Shown piece by piece: positions 1 through 8,205 of a stretch of DNA of 64,000 nt; position 1 is the first letter of the stretch; each line of letters opens with the position of its first letter. The DNA lies in contig JAOPTT010000006.1 in NCBI GenBank assembly GCA_051531975.1, positions 494,977 through 558,976 on the forward strand. Direction: 5' to 3'. Below the pieces are notes generated by a model. That model made no database searches, was not told where the DNA came from, and worked only from the letters and a program-made list of their open reading frames with translations. Source of the stretch: Spirochaetaceae bacterium (GTDB lineage Bacteria; Spirochaetota; Spirochaetia; DSM-2461). The translations under genes and the position numbers were made by a program.

Positions 1-72
1 ACACTTCGAAGTCAAACACAGGGCCGAGGTACCTTTGCCATGGAATTTAGCCATTATGCACCTAAAGTTTAA
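1..72 (+). CDS. fusA: Elongation factor G, C-terminal fragment (truncated by window edge)
   Basis: Frame 1 reads TLRSQTQGRGTFAMEFSHYAPKV*, the conserved EF-G domain V end (LRSxTQGRxxFxMEFxHY). Confidence 0.88.
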   Translation, partial: TLRSQTQGRGTFAMEFSHYAPKV

Positions 73-891
73 TTATAAATAAAAATCCATAAGAGTCATC
101 ACTTGGCTCTTATAACTATTACCAAATATATTAAGGTGGTTCAGAATGTGATAGAGCTTATATAAATTCTCTCGCTTCTGCCACCCTTTTTTTAATGGAT
201 TAATCTCGTTATAGGAATTATAGAATTCCATACTAAATCCACCAAACAGTTTAGTCATAGCAAGTTCCATCTCTCTATGACCATAATAAACAGCAGGATC
301 AATTATAACTGGTTGGTTTTCATTATTACAAATAACATTTCCTCCCCATAAATCACCATGTATTAAACTTGGTTCCTCATGGGATCCATCTAATATATCA
401 GGAATAAGAACTCTTAATAATTTATATTTTTCATGAATAAAACTATATGCTTTTTTGTTTAACAGAGAAACTTGATAATCTAATCTGTTTTTAATATAAA
501 AAGTGTCCCAACATTCATCATATGAATTTATTTGTGGTGTCTCACCTATATAGTTATTTTCGTAAAAGCCAAACTTACTCGAATTATTTAGATGTAATTT
601 ACCGATACTAATCCCTAATTTAGTCTGAAAGTCTAATTTTTGTTTTGCTTGTTTTATATATTTTAAAACAAGACAATTCTCTGTAACTTTTTTGATTTCA
701 GGGACTAAAACATATTTACCAATCTCTTTTAATCCATTTGCTTCATTTTGTGATATTCCAACTTTTTTATATGTTTTAATAAAATAATCATTTTTCTCTG
801 TAAGAACTCTATAACTACTACCTATACATCCACCTGAAATGGGTAGTATATTAGATATTTTTTCATTAATTAAAGATTCAAAGTTTATCAT
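73..891 (-). CDS. Fructosamine/ribulosamine 3-kinase family protein
   Basis: GGCI N-terminal loop, FGF-x-x-NNYIG, PSLIHGDLWGGN, IIDPAVYYGHREMELAM motifs. Confidence 0.92.
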   Translation of the reverse strand: MINFESLINEKISNILPISGGCIGSSYRVLTEKNDYFIKTYKKVGISQNEANGLKEIGKYVLVPEIKKVTENCLVLKYIKQAKQKLDFQTKLGISIGKLHLNNSSKFGFYENNYIGETPQINSYDECWDTFYIKNRLDYQVSLLNKKAYSFIHEKYKLLRVLIPDILDGSHEEPSLIHGDLWGGNVICNNENQPVIIDPAVYYGHREMELAMTKLFGGFSMEFYNSYNEINPLKKGWQKRENLYKLYHILNHLNIFGNSYKSQVMTLMDFYL

Positions 892-1354
892 TAGATTTTA
901 AGTACTCTAAAAGCCCTAGGCAACTCTCTTCAAGAATTGTAATTACATTATCAAAACCATCAGGGCCTCCATAATATGGATCAGGGACGTCAGTATTAGA
1001 ATAGTTTGTAGAGAAACTTGTCATCATCATTATCTTATCAGAATAATCACCATCGATATCAATATTTTTTACATCAGTAAAATTACTTTGATCCATAACA
1101 ATAATCAGATCAAAATCATTAAAATCCTTATGTACAAACCTTCTTGATAAAGAAGTGAGTTGATACCCTCTTTTATACGCATGTTGTCTCATTCTTGAAT
1201 CAGAACGCTCACCTACATGGTATGCTGATGTTCCAGCTGAATCGATATAGATATCATTTTGTAGATTATGATCTATAATAAGTTTTTTAAAAATTCCCTC
1301 TGCTGAAGGACTCCTACAAATATTACCTAGACAAACAAATACAATTTTAAACAT
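878..1354 (-). CDS. Low molecular weight protein-tyrosine phosphatase
   Basis: VCLGNICRS P-loop and DPYYG motif. Confidence 0.95.
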   Translation of the reverse strand: MFKIVFVCLGNICRSPSAEGIFKKLIIDHNLQNDIYIDSAGTSAYHVGERSDSRMRQHAYKRGYQLTSLSRRFVHKDFNDFDLIIVMDQSNFTDVKNIDIDGDYSDKIMMMTSFSTNYSNTDVPDPYYGGPDGFDNVITILEESCLGLLEYLKSNDKL

Positions 1355-1487
1355 ATAATCCCCTATATTTATTATTCTACATATTATTCAATAAATCTAT
1401 AATAGTATTACTAAAAGTTTATATTTTGAATATTGAAACTTAGTTTGTTAAGATGTATTTTTATTAAAACTATATTAAGGATAAAAA

Positions 1488-1769
1488 ATGCTAAAATCTA
1501 ATGAATATTTTGATGGTAAAGTTAAATCTATTGGAATGAAAACTGAAAAAGGGCCAGCCACTATCGGTGTAATGGAAAAAGGTGAATATGAATTCTCAAC
1601 TACAAAGAATGAAATTATGGATGTCATCTCTGGTAGATTAAAAGTTAAGTTACAGGGAAAAAAAGAATTTAATACAATTTTAAAAGGCAAATCATTTAAA
1701 GTTAATGAAAACACTACATTTCAAGTTATTGCTGAAGTAGAAACTGCATACATCTGTTATTATAGTTAA
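1488..1769 (+). CDS. ppnP: Pyrimidine/purine nucleoside phosphorylase PpnP (YaiE/DUF1255)
   Basis: NEYFDGKVKS...GVM..GEYEFST..E.M.V.SG, ends Y.C.Y; 93 aa; RBS AAGGA upstream. Confidence 0.92.
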   Translation: MLKSNEYFDGKVKSIGMKTEKGPATIGVMEKGEYEFSTTKNEIMDVISGRLKVKLQGKKEFNTILKGKSFKVNENTTFQVIAEVETAYICYYS

Positions 1770-1770
1770 T

Positions 1771-2556
1771 TTAATTGTTAATAGCGTTATATATGGAAAG
1801 TGCAACAAGATTGGCATTCTCCATATTTTTATTTTTAAAGAAAGCTTCTAGTAAATTTACTGCAAGTTCATCTTGTTCAAGATAAAATGCACAAACAGCA
1901 GACAAATATTGTAATTCCTTGGGTAACAGATGAACAACACTGGAATCCGGCTCACTATAATGTAAAAACATAAAGGCTTTATACAAAGCCCCTTGAAAGT
2001 CCTCCATAACCATTAAACAGTATGTATAATAGATATAATAATCTTCCACATCAAAATCAGAATAATCAGGATCATCAATTTTAGCAAAAATATTAATTAC
2101 TTGCTGATATTCTCTATTATTTAATTCAATTAGTGCCTGTTTATACAGTGATATTTCTTGGTTATTAGTTAATTTATTATCTCCAACTAAATTTATAATT
2201 TTATCAATAGATTTAAAAAACATATTTAAATGTTCAATGCTTGTAATTCTTCTATCAGTTAGAAAAGTTGAAATATCACTAAATCTTAGGGGCGATATAG
2301 AATAAAAAGAATCGCCTATCATTATATCTACCCAAGTTTCTCTTCCAGTTATAATTAATGAGTCTAAATATAATAAATTTCCAATTTCAGCTTTAGCATA
2401 ACCCCCAATTTGTGAATCAAACAGTTCTGCATCACCTGTAACATTTAATATTACACCTTTATCCTCTCTACAATAAATAGAAATTGAAAATGATATTAGA
2501 GATAATAGAATTAATAATCGAACAAAATGAGAGATCATATAACAACAATAATACAC
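1771..2556 (-). CDS. Exported hypothetical protein with a FecR-like N-terminal beta region and TPR-like C-terminus (true start probably 2538)
   Basis: Hydrophobic signal-like N-terminus; VTGDAEL...IGNLL..DSLIITGRET.VDI resembles the FecR N-domain; helical A/Y-rich C-terminus. Confidence 0.5.
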   Translation of the reverse strand: MYYCCYMISHFVRLLILLSLISFSISIYCREDKGVILNVTGDAELFDSQIGGYAKAEIGNLLYLDSLIITGRETWVDIMIGDSFYSISPLRFSDISTFLTDRRITSIEHLNMFFKSIDKIINLVGDNKLTNNQEISLYKQALIELNNREYQQVINIFAKIDDPDYSDFDVEDYYIYYTYCLMVMEDFQGALYKAFMFLHYSEPDSSVVHLLPKELQYLSAVCAFYLEQDELAVNLLEAFFKNKNMENANLVALSIYNAINN

Positions 2557-2598
2557 AGAAAATGTTTTTTCAAATAAAAAGTATTAATTATTTTTAAT

Positions 2599-2636
2599 AT
2601 ATGTTTCAATTTGTATATAATTAAATTGAAACATAT
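2599..2636. repeat. 14-bp perfect inverted repeat with 10-nt spacer
   Basis: ATATGTTTCAATTT-gtatataatt-AAATTGAAACATAT. Confidence 0.8.
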
Positions 2637-2670
2637 GTATTAATGCCAAAAGAAAATATAGTTCATATAA

Positions 2671-2698
2671 ATAAAAAGATGCCTAGGCACCTTTTTAT
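2671..2698 (-). terminator. Rho-independent terminator after alaS
   Basis: Minus strand AAAAAGGTGCC-TA-GGCATCTTTTT directly at the alaS stop. Confidence 0.7.
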
Positions 2699-4479
2699 TA
2701 TTTTAATACACCTTTTATTCTTCTAACACCAGCAGAAGATGATTGCTCTTTTTTTATTTTAAATGTTCCAAGAGAACCTGTATTTTCCATATGAGGACCA
2801 CCACATACTTCTAAACTAAAATCCCCCATCTGGTAAACTTTAACTTGCTCTCCGTACTTACTAGAGAAAAGAGCCATTGCACCTCTCTCTTTTGCTTGTT
2901 CAACAGTCATAGTTTCCATGGAAATTTTATGATTATCAGAAATTGCTTTATTAACCATATCTTCTACAGATTTTATCTGCTCTGGAGTCATTTTTTCAGG
3001 ATGACTAAAATCAAACCGTAAACGTTCAGATGTGATATTACTACCTTTTTGATTGACATGATCACCAAGAATAACTTTTAGAGCTTTATGAAGCAGATGT
3101 GTTGCAGTGTGATATTTTGTGGACATTTCAGAATCATCAGCTAATCCACCTTTAAATATTTTGTCGGCACCTTTTTTTGACATCTCTTTATGTTTTAGAA
3201 ATGCTTTATCAAAACCATCCCTATCAACTGTCATACCCTCTTCCTTAGCTAACTCTTCAGTTAATTCTAAAGGGAATCCATATGTATCAAAGAGATTAAA
3301 TGCTACCCTACCTGGGATTATCATTTTAGGGTTTCTTTTTAAGTTTGGCAGTAGTTTTGCAAATTCAGCTTCACCTTTTTTTAGTGTTAAACCAAATTTA
3401 TCCTCCTCAGCTTCGAAAACTGAGAATATAAATGATTTTTTCTCTAATAATTCAGGATACTGGTCTTTATACATTTCTATTACCATATCTGAAGGTTTAG
3501 AAATAAACTTGCCCTCTAATCCAAGTTTTTTTCCATGTCTAATTGCTCGTCTAAGTAGTCTTCTAAGAATATAACCTTGCCCTACATTAGAAGGTTGCAC
3601 ACCTTTCTCGTCTCCAATAATAAAAGTTGATGTTCTTATATGATCACAAATAATTCTAATTGACATATCAGTTTCTTCATCTGTTCCATATGTTTTTCCA
3701 CTTAGATCTTCTATTAATTTTATTAAAGGTTGGAAAAGAACAGTTTCATAGACAGATTTTTTTCCTTGTAACATAGTAATGGTTCTTTCAACACCCATTC
3801 CAGTATCAACACAAGCTCGTTCCATAGGGACAAAAGAACCATCTTCTTGCTTGTTATATTGCATAAATACGTTATTCCAAATTTCAAAATATTTACCACA
3901 ACTACAACCTGGTATACATTCACTTGAACATGCATCAATACCAGTATCAATAAACATTTCTGTATCAGGACCACAAGGACCAGTAGCTCCAGCAGGACCC
4001 CACCAGTTATCACTTTTGGGTAGTTTATATATTTTATTATCAGGTATACCTAGCTCTTTCCAATACCCTATAGATTCATCATCACAGGGTGCATCATCAT
4101 CGCCCTTAAAAACTGTTACTGATAACTTATCAATATCTATTCCAATAACATCTTTTAAGAAGTGGTAACTCATATTTATTGCTTCTTTTTTAAAATAGTC
4201 TCCTAATGACCAGTTACCTAACATCTCAAAAAAAGTTAAATGTGTAGCATCACCAACATCATCAATGTCACCTGTTCTAATACATTTTTGAACATTAGTT
4301 AATCTTTTACCTGAAGGGTGTTCTTCTCCTAAAATAAAAGGTACTAGAGGGTGCATTCCAGCAGTAGTGAAAAGAACTGTTGGATCGTTCTCTGGGATTA
4401 ATGATTTACCAGAGATCTCTTTGTGGTTGTTAGAGACAAAAAACTCAATATATTTTCTTTTTAATTCCTGTATATTCAT
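2698..4479 (-). CDS. alaS: Alanine--tRNA ligase (short form, no C-Ala domain)
   Basis: DPTVLFTTAGM, QKCIR, FFEMLGNWS, EIWNNVFMQY, DTGMGVER, editing HTATH...CGGPH, ends at GVRRI. Confidence 0.97.
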   Translation of the reverse strand: MNIQELKRKYIEFFVSNNHKEISGKSLIPENDPTVLFTTAGMHPLVPFILGEEHPSGKRLTNVQKCIRTGDIDDVGDATHLTFFEMLGNWSLGDYFKKEAINMSYHFLKDVIGIDIDKLSVTVFKGDDDAPCDDESIGYWKELGIPDNKIYKLPKSDNWWGPAGATGPCGPDTEMFIDTGIDACSSECIPGCSCGKYFEIWNNVFMQYNKQEDGSFVPMERACVDTGMGVERTITMLQGKKSVYETVLFQPLIKLIEDLSGKTYGTDEETDMSIRIICDHIRTSTFIIGDEKGVQPSNVGQGYILRRLLRRAIRHGKKLGLEGKFISKPSDMVIEMYKDQYPELLEKKSFIFSVFEAEEDKFGLTLKKGEAEFAKLLPNLKRNPKMIIPGRVAFNLFDTYGFPLELTEELAKEEGMTVDRDGFDKAFLKHKEMSKKGADKIFKGGLADDSEMSTKYHTATHLLHKALKVILGDHVNQKGSNITSERLRFDFSHPEKMTPEQIKSVEDMVNKAISDNHKISMETMTVEQAKERGAMALFSSKYGEQVKVYQMGDFSLEVCGGPHMENTGSLGTFKIKKEQSSSAGVRRIKGVLK

Positions 4480-4512
4480 GAAAAATATAATACAATAAAT
4501 AATAGTTTTTTA

Positions 4513-5634
4513 TCAATAGATCCAATCATCATCACCAAGGATTCTGAGTTCTCCAGATTCTTCTTTATTTCTAATTAAATTTATAAAATCTTTAGTCATG
4601 CGATCAGCATCACTTTTTTTAACAAGTCCAAGGATTTCCATTTCAGCTTCTACTAAAAGCCTTCGACCTTCAGACATAGCACCCCAGATTCGCCCTTGAA
4701 TATCCTTTGATTCACCTTTAATCAAAAAAACTAAATCTTGGTCTGTAATTTCTTGAATTATTTTTTGAAAATCAATAGGTTCAATATTATAAATTATATC
4801 AATCGTATATAACCTGTCTCTAATGGTTTCTCCTAAATCAGGATCAGAACTTTCAATATGTTGTAATATATTGTCTTCAGATGATCTATCCATATGTTTT
4901 AGAATATCTGCTAATGCCCCTCTACCATCTAATTCCACACTATCTGTATTTCCCATCTTAATAATTTTTTCAGTTAAACTTTCAGAAATGATACTAATTA
5001 CTTGTGGGCTTACTTGTTTTAATTTTGACATTCTTAAAACAATTTCTTTTTGTTGATCTGGTGGTAACGATTCAATTATAGGGGAAGAATATATTGGAGA
5101 TAAATGATGTAAAACTATAGTTAAGACTGAAACACTCTCTTTTCGTAATACCATCATTCTTTGAGTGAAATCTAAATCATTTAAAAATGCAAACGGTTTA
5201 TCAGCACTATCAGGAACAGCTTTATATAATAGTTCATTACCTTTATCCTGGCCAAATGCTGAAATTAAAATACTTCTAGCAGTTTCAACCCCACCTTGGT
5301 TTCTATTATATGCAGTACTATCTTTACCAAACTCTTGTAAAAGTAGATACGCCTCACTTTTACCAACTCTATCAATCTTGGTGATTTCCATTGATACTTT
5401 TTCAATTTCATTTGGTGGCAAGTGTGATATAACTTTCGAAGCTTCATCTGTACCTAAAATCAAAAGTAATTTTGCAACTTTTGTATATTTATTTTCTTCT
5501 TTTGTAGTTTTTATTAAACCTTGTTTAGGTTGTGGGGTTTTATGGATTACAGGTGTTTCTAAAGGATCAGTTTTAACTAGTGATCCTGTAGAAACTGATT
5601 TATATGCCTGAATACCTCTTTTATACTGATTCAT
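4513..5634 (-). CDS. fliG: Flagellar motor switch protein FliG paralogue (divergent, FliG1-like)
   Basis: K.A.LL..LG...AS.V..HL...EIE, GG....IL..A.G, PF.FL, C-terminal IR..EE.GE. Confidence 0.82.
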   Translation of the reverse strand: MNQYKRGIQAYKSVSTGSLVKTDPLETPVIHKTPQPKQGLIKTTKEENKYTKVAKLLLILGTDEASKVISHLPPNEIEKVSMEITKIDRVGKSEAYLLLQEFGKDSTAYNRNQGGVETARSILISAFGQDKGNELLYKAVPDSADKPFAFLNDLDFTQRMMVLRKESVSVLTIVLHHLSPIYSSPIIESLPPDQQKEIVLRMSKLKQVSPQVISIISESLTEKIIKMGNTDSVELDGRGALADILKHMDRSSEDNILQHIESSDPDLGETIRDRLYTIDIIYNIEPIDFQKIIQEITDQDLVFLIKGESKDIQGRIWGAMSEGRRLLVEAEMEILGLVKKSDADRMTKDFINLIRNKEESGELRILGDDDWIY

Positions 5635-5717
5635 ATGTTATAGTACCTACTAGTTTAATTTATTTACAATAGTTATTGACTAAATTACAAGATTTTAATA
5701 TAAATATATTCGTAAAT

Positions 5718-5790
5718 GCCGCTGTAGCTCAGTCGGTAGAGCAGGGGACTGAAAATCCCTGTGTCAAGAGTTCAAGTCTCTTTGGTGGCA
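5718..5790 (+). tRNA. tRNA-Phe (GAA), CCA not encoded
   Basis: Cloverleaf: acceptor GCCGCTG/TGGTGGC, D-arm GCTC/GAGC, anticodon loop CTGAAAA, T-arm AAGAG-TTCAAGT-CTCTT; followed by TCA. Confidence 0.96.
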
Positions 5791-5792
5791 TC

Positions 5793-5828
5793 AAGAGTTA
5801 AAAGATCTAATCTTTTAACTCTTTTTTT
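5793..5828 (+). terminator. Terminator hairpin after tRNA-Phe, overlapping the 3' end of the convergent gene
   Basis: AAGAGTTAAAAGAT-CTA-ATCTTTTAACTCTT followed by a T run. Confidence 0.75.
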
Positions 5829-7015
5829 ATGTACTTTATAATTGCAGGAGTAAGTCTCTTAACAGTTTCTTCGATGAGTTCCCTGGAATTATCAATAGAA
5901 TAATCTTGCACTTCAACCTGAGGAACGATAGGATCTCCCATACCAACAAGTCCCATTAAAAGAGAATCAGTACCACTAGAACTACCTGAAGAATGATTTG
6001 CTGCTGCTTTTAATAGGCTAGTTAACTCACTTTCATCAGGATTAATAATTAAATCACCTTCATCATTTTTATAATTCTCAGCTTCTTGTTGTAATAAAAA
6101 ATCATCACCTGCATCAAAAGAGTCAATAATTAACTGTATAATCTGCATATCTTTAGCAAATACAAAACCCATATAAAATATAATTACTGTTAAAATAACT
6201 AAAAGAGTTGTTAATAACGACAACATAATACTATTTAAATAATCAGTAATTTGACCCTGTTCCATTATTATTCCAGTTATTGGAAGTATTAAATTATCAA
6301 TAGGTGAATATACGCCCTCTTCTATCTGCATAATAAGATAAGTATCTAATTCACTGCTTATTAGATCAGATATAATAGAATAGTCAGTAATCTTTTGTCC
6401 TTCCCTAGAAAAGAGTATAGAGTCATTTGTATAAAACAATATATCTTTTCGATTTTTAACTAACGTTAGGATTTCTCCATTGGCTGCAATATAATCAGAT
6501 TCCAAAATTCTAGATTCTTGCATCTGTAGACTACTTGTTGCTTTATTATCTATAACGATAATCCCTACAACAAATATCATTACTATTGTGACACCAATTT
6601 TCATAATTCTATCTTGGATCCAAATAGAGTCTGATTTCATCTTTTTTAAGAAACTAAAAACTCTTAAAAATCTAAGTATTCTTATTATTTTAAAGAAACG
6701 TCCAACCTTAATAATCTTAAAAACTGCAAATAGTGGTGTATTATCTAAGAAGAAAAATATTCCTGGGAGACTGGCTAAAAAGTCCACCCAACCATAACCT
6801 TTAGTTAGATATAATATAGGTTTATAGCTGATTATTCTTAATGCAAAATCAAAAACGAATATTACCGAAATAATTTTATTAGGTAATAAGACATAGGCTT
6901 TCAGAAAAGTATATTCACAAAACAGACCTATTATAGATATTATTATAAGAAAAGGATTAATTATATCTAAAATTTTTACAATATTTTTAAAATTATCTCT
7001 AGGATGTATAACCAT
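5807..7015 (-). CDS. Membrane protein with an Ion_trans-type voltage-sensor domain (S1-S4), two further TM helices and no recognisable pore filter
   Basis: S2 FVFDFALR, S3 WVDFLASLP, S4 KIIKVGRFFKIIRILRFLR (basic residue every third position); TM ~137-155, ~105-aa loop, TM ~263-286. Confidence 0.8.
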   Translation of the reverse strand: MVIHPRDNFKNIVKILDIINPFLIIISIIGLFCEYTFLKAYVLLPNKIISVIFVFDFALRIISYKPILYLTKGYGWVDFLASLPGIFFFLDNTPLFAVFKIIKVGRFFKIIRILRFLRVFSFLKKMKSDSIWIQDRIMKIGVTIVMIFVVGIIVIDNKATSSLQMQESRILESDYIAANGEILTLVKNRKDILFYTNDSILFSREGQKITDYSIISDLISSELDTYLIMQIEEGVYSPIDNLILPITGIIMEQGQITDYLNSIMLSLLTTLLVILTVIIFYMGFVFAKDMQIIQLIIDSFDAGDDFLLQQEAENYKNDEGDLIINPDESELTSLLKAAANHSSGSSSGTDSLLMGLVGMGDPIVPQVEVQDYSIDNSRELIEETVKRLTPAIIKYIKKELKD

Positions 7016-7032
7016 TTGACTCTCCGCTAAAT

Positions 7033-8205
7033 CTAAGATCTATAATCATTTTGAAAGATATCTTTTACAGATATCAAATCTTTTTTATTTGACATAAAAC
7101 GCTTTATTGCATTTTGAACTTCTAAGGACTCACTTTTATATGAAGATATTTTTCTAGAAGCAATACTTATAGCATTTTGAACTAATAATTGTCTTCTATT
7201 ATCTGCACTATATAACTTTTCTAGTTTCAACCTTTGTTCTAAAGGACTATTGTGATATTTAGCTGAAATTTCAAATATTTGAGCAGCTAATATAACAGAA
7301 AAAGTATGAGCAAAAAGCATAGCAACATAATAAACACTTCGAACACGACCAATTCTATCAGTTATAAATGCTTCTAAATTAGAGCTTAGATTAAGATTAC
7401 TTGTTTGGGCTGTAGTAGAACCATGAAATAAAATATAGAAGCCCATATATGTAAATATTTCTTGAGCATCATCCCCTCTTTGACTAATAAAAAAAGTCAT
7501 GAAATCTGTCAGAAAGTCAATAAATTTCTTATTGTTTCTACCTAGACAGAGTGCTAATACTTGTGGATTAATACGTCTTTTTTTAATTGCATCGGTAATT
7601 ATTGATGAAACAGCATCTTCATTAATACTTTTACCATTAATTTTTTTAATATTATGAGCATTTAGGTTAAATGCCTTTACTGCTAATTGGTATAGTTCAG
7701 TTGGATAATCGATATCTTCATTAACTATACTATTAGATGTGTTATTTGTTGAAGAATTACTAAGCTGATTTATCTTTATAAGATTGTAATATAGCAGTAC
7801 ATCATTAGAACTTAACCCAATAGATTCTTTTATTAATGTATCCATTATATGTTTCTGTTTTATACTATCAAGTTTAACTAAATCTAATCCTTCTAAGTGG
7901 GATCTAAAAATATCTTTATTAATCAAAATTTTCTCTTCTGGTAAAAATGAAGAGAGCTGTTCTTCCGTTGTTATATCTCTACTAAAACCTCGACTTAATA
8001 ACATTGGTTGACTTATATCTGCATTATTATTCCCACTCTCTCTACATTTATTGTTCCAAATATCTTGAAATAATTTATATGAACTTTTGCTGTCACCTGG
8101 AAGAATTGTTGCAATTTTTTTAAATAATTGTTCAGCGCTTATCTTTTCACTTAATATAGAGTCAGTTAAATAACTTCCTAATTGGACAATATCTTTCTTA
8201 TCCAT
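7033..8205 (-). CDS. Hypothetical protein (390 aa, probably soluble and helical)
   Basis: Long ORF whose start overlaps the upstream kinase stop (TAATG); no recognised motif. Confidence 0.7.
   Translation of the reverse strand: MDKKDIVQLGSYLTDSILSEKISAEQLFKKIATILPGDSKSSYKLFQDIWNNKCRESGNNNADISQPMLLSRGFSRDITTEEQLSSFLPEEKILINKDIFRSHLEGLDLVKLDSIKQKHIMDTLIKESIGLSSNDVLLYYNLIKINQLSNSSTNNTSNSIVNEDIDYPTELYQLAVKAFNLNAHNIKKINGKSINEDAVSSIITDAIKKRRINPQVLALCLGRNNKKFIDFLTDFMTFFISQRGDDAQEIFTYMGFYILFHGSTTAQTSNLNLSSNLEAFITDRIGRVRSVYYVAMLFAHTFSVILAAQIFEISAKYHNSPLEQRLKLEKLYSADNRRQLLVQNAISIASRKISSYKSESLEVQNAIKRFMSNKKDLISVKDIFQNDYRS

Noticed and set aside
3119..5611. Antisense ORFs inside alaS and fliG, and similar shadow ORFs across the window (e.g. 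11306..11671, 41197..41622, 42736..43167, 50806..51309)
   Set aside because: Fully overlap well-supported genes on the opposite strand and show the S/I/F/L-rich composition typical of reverse-frame artefacts
6791..6799. GYG tripeptide in the Ion_trans protein as a K+ selectivity filter
   Set aside because: It is at residues 73-75, in the S2-S3 linker before S4, and lacks the preceding T-x; a filter must lie between S5 and S6
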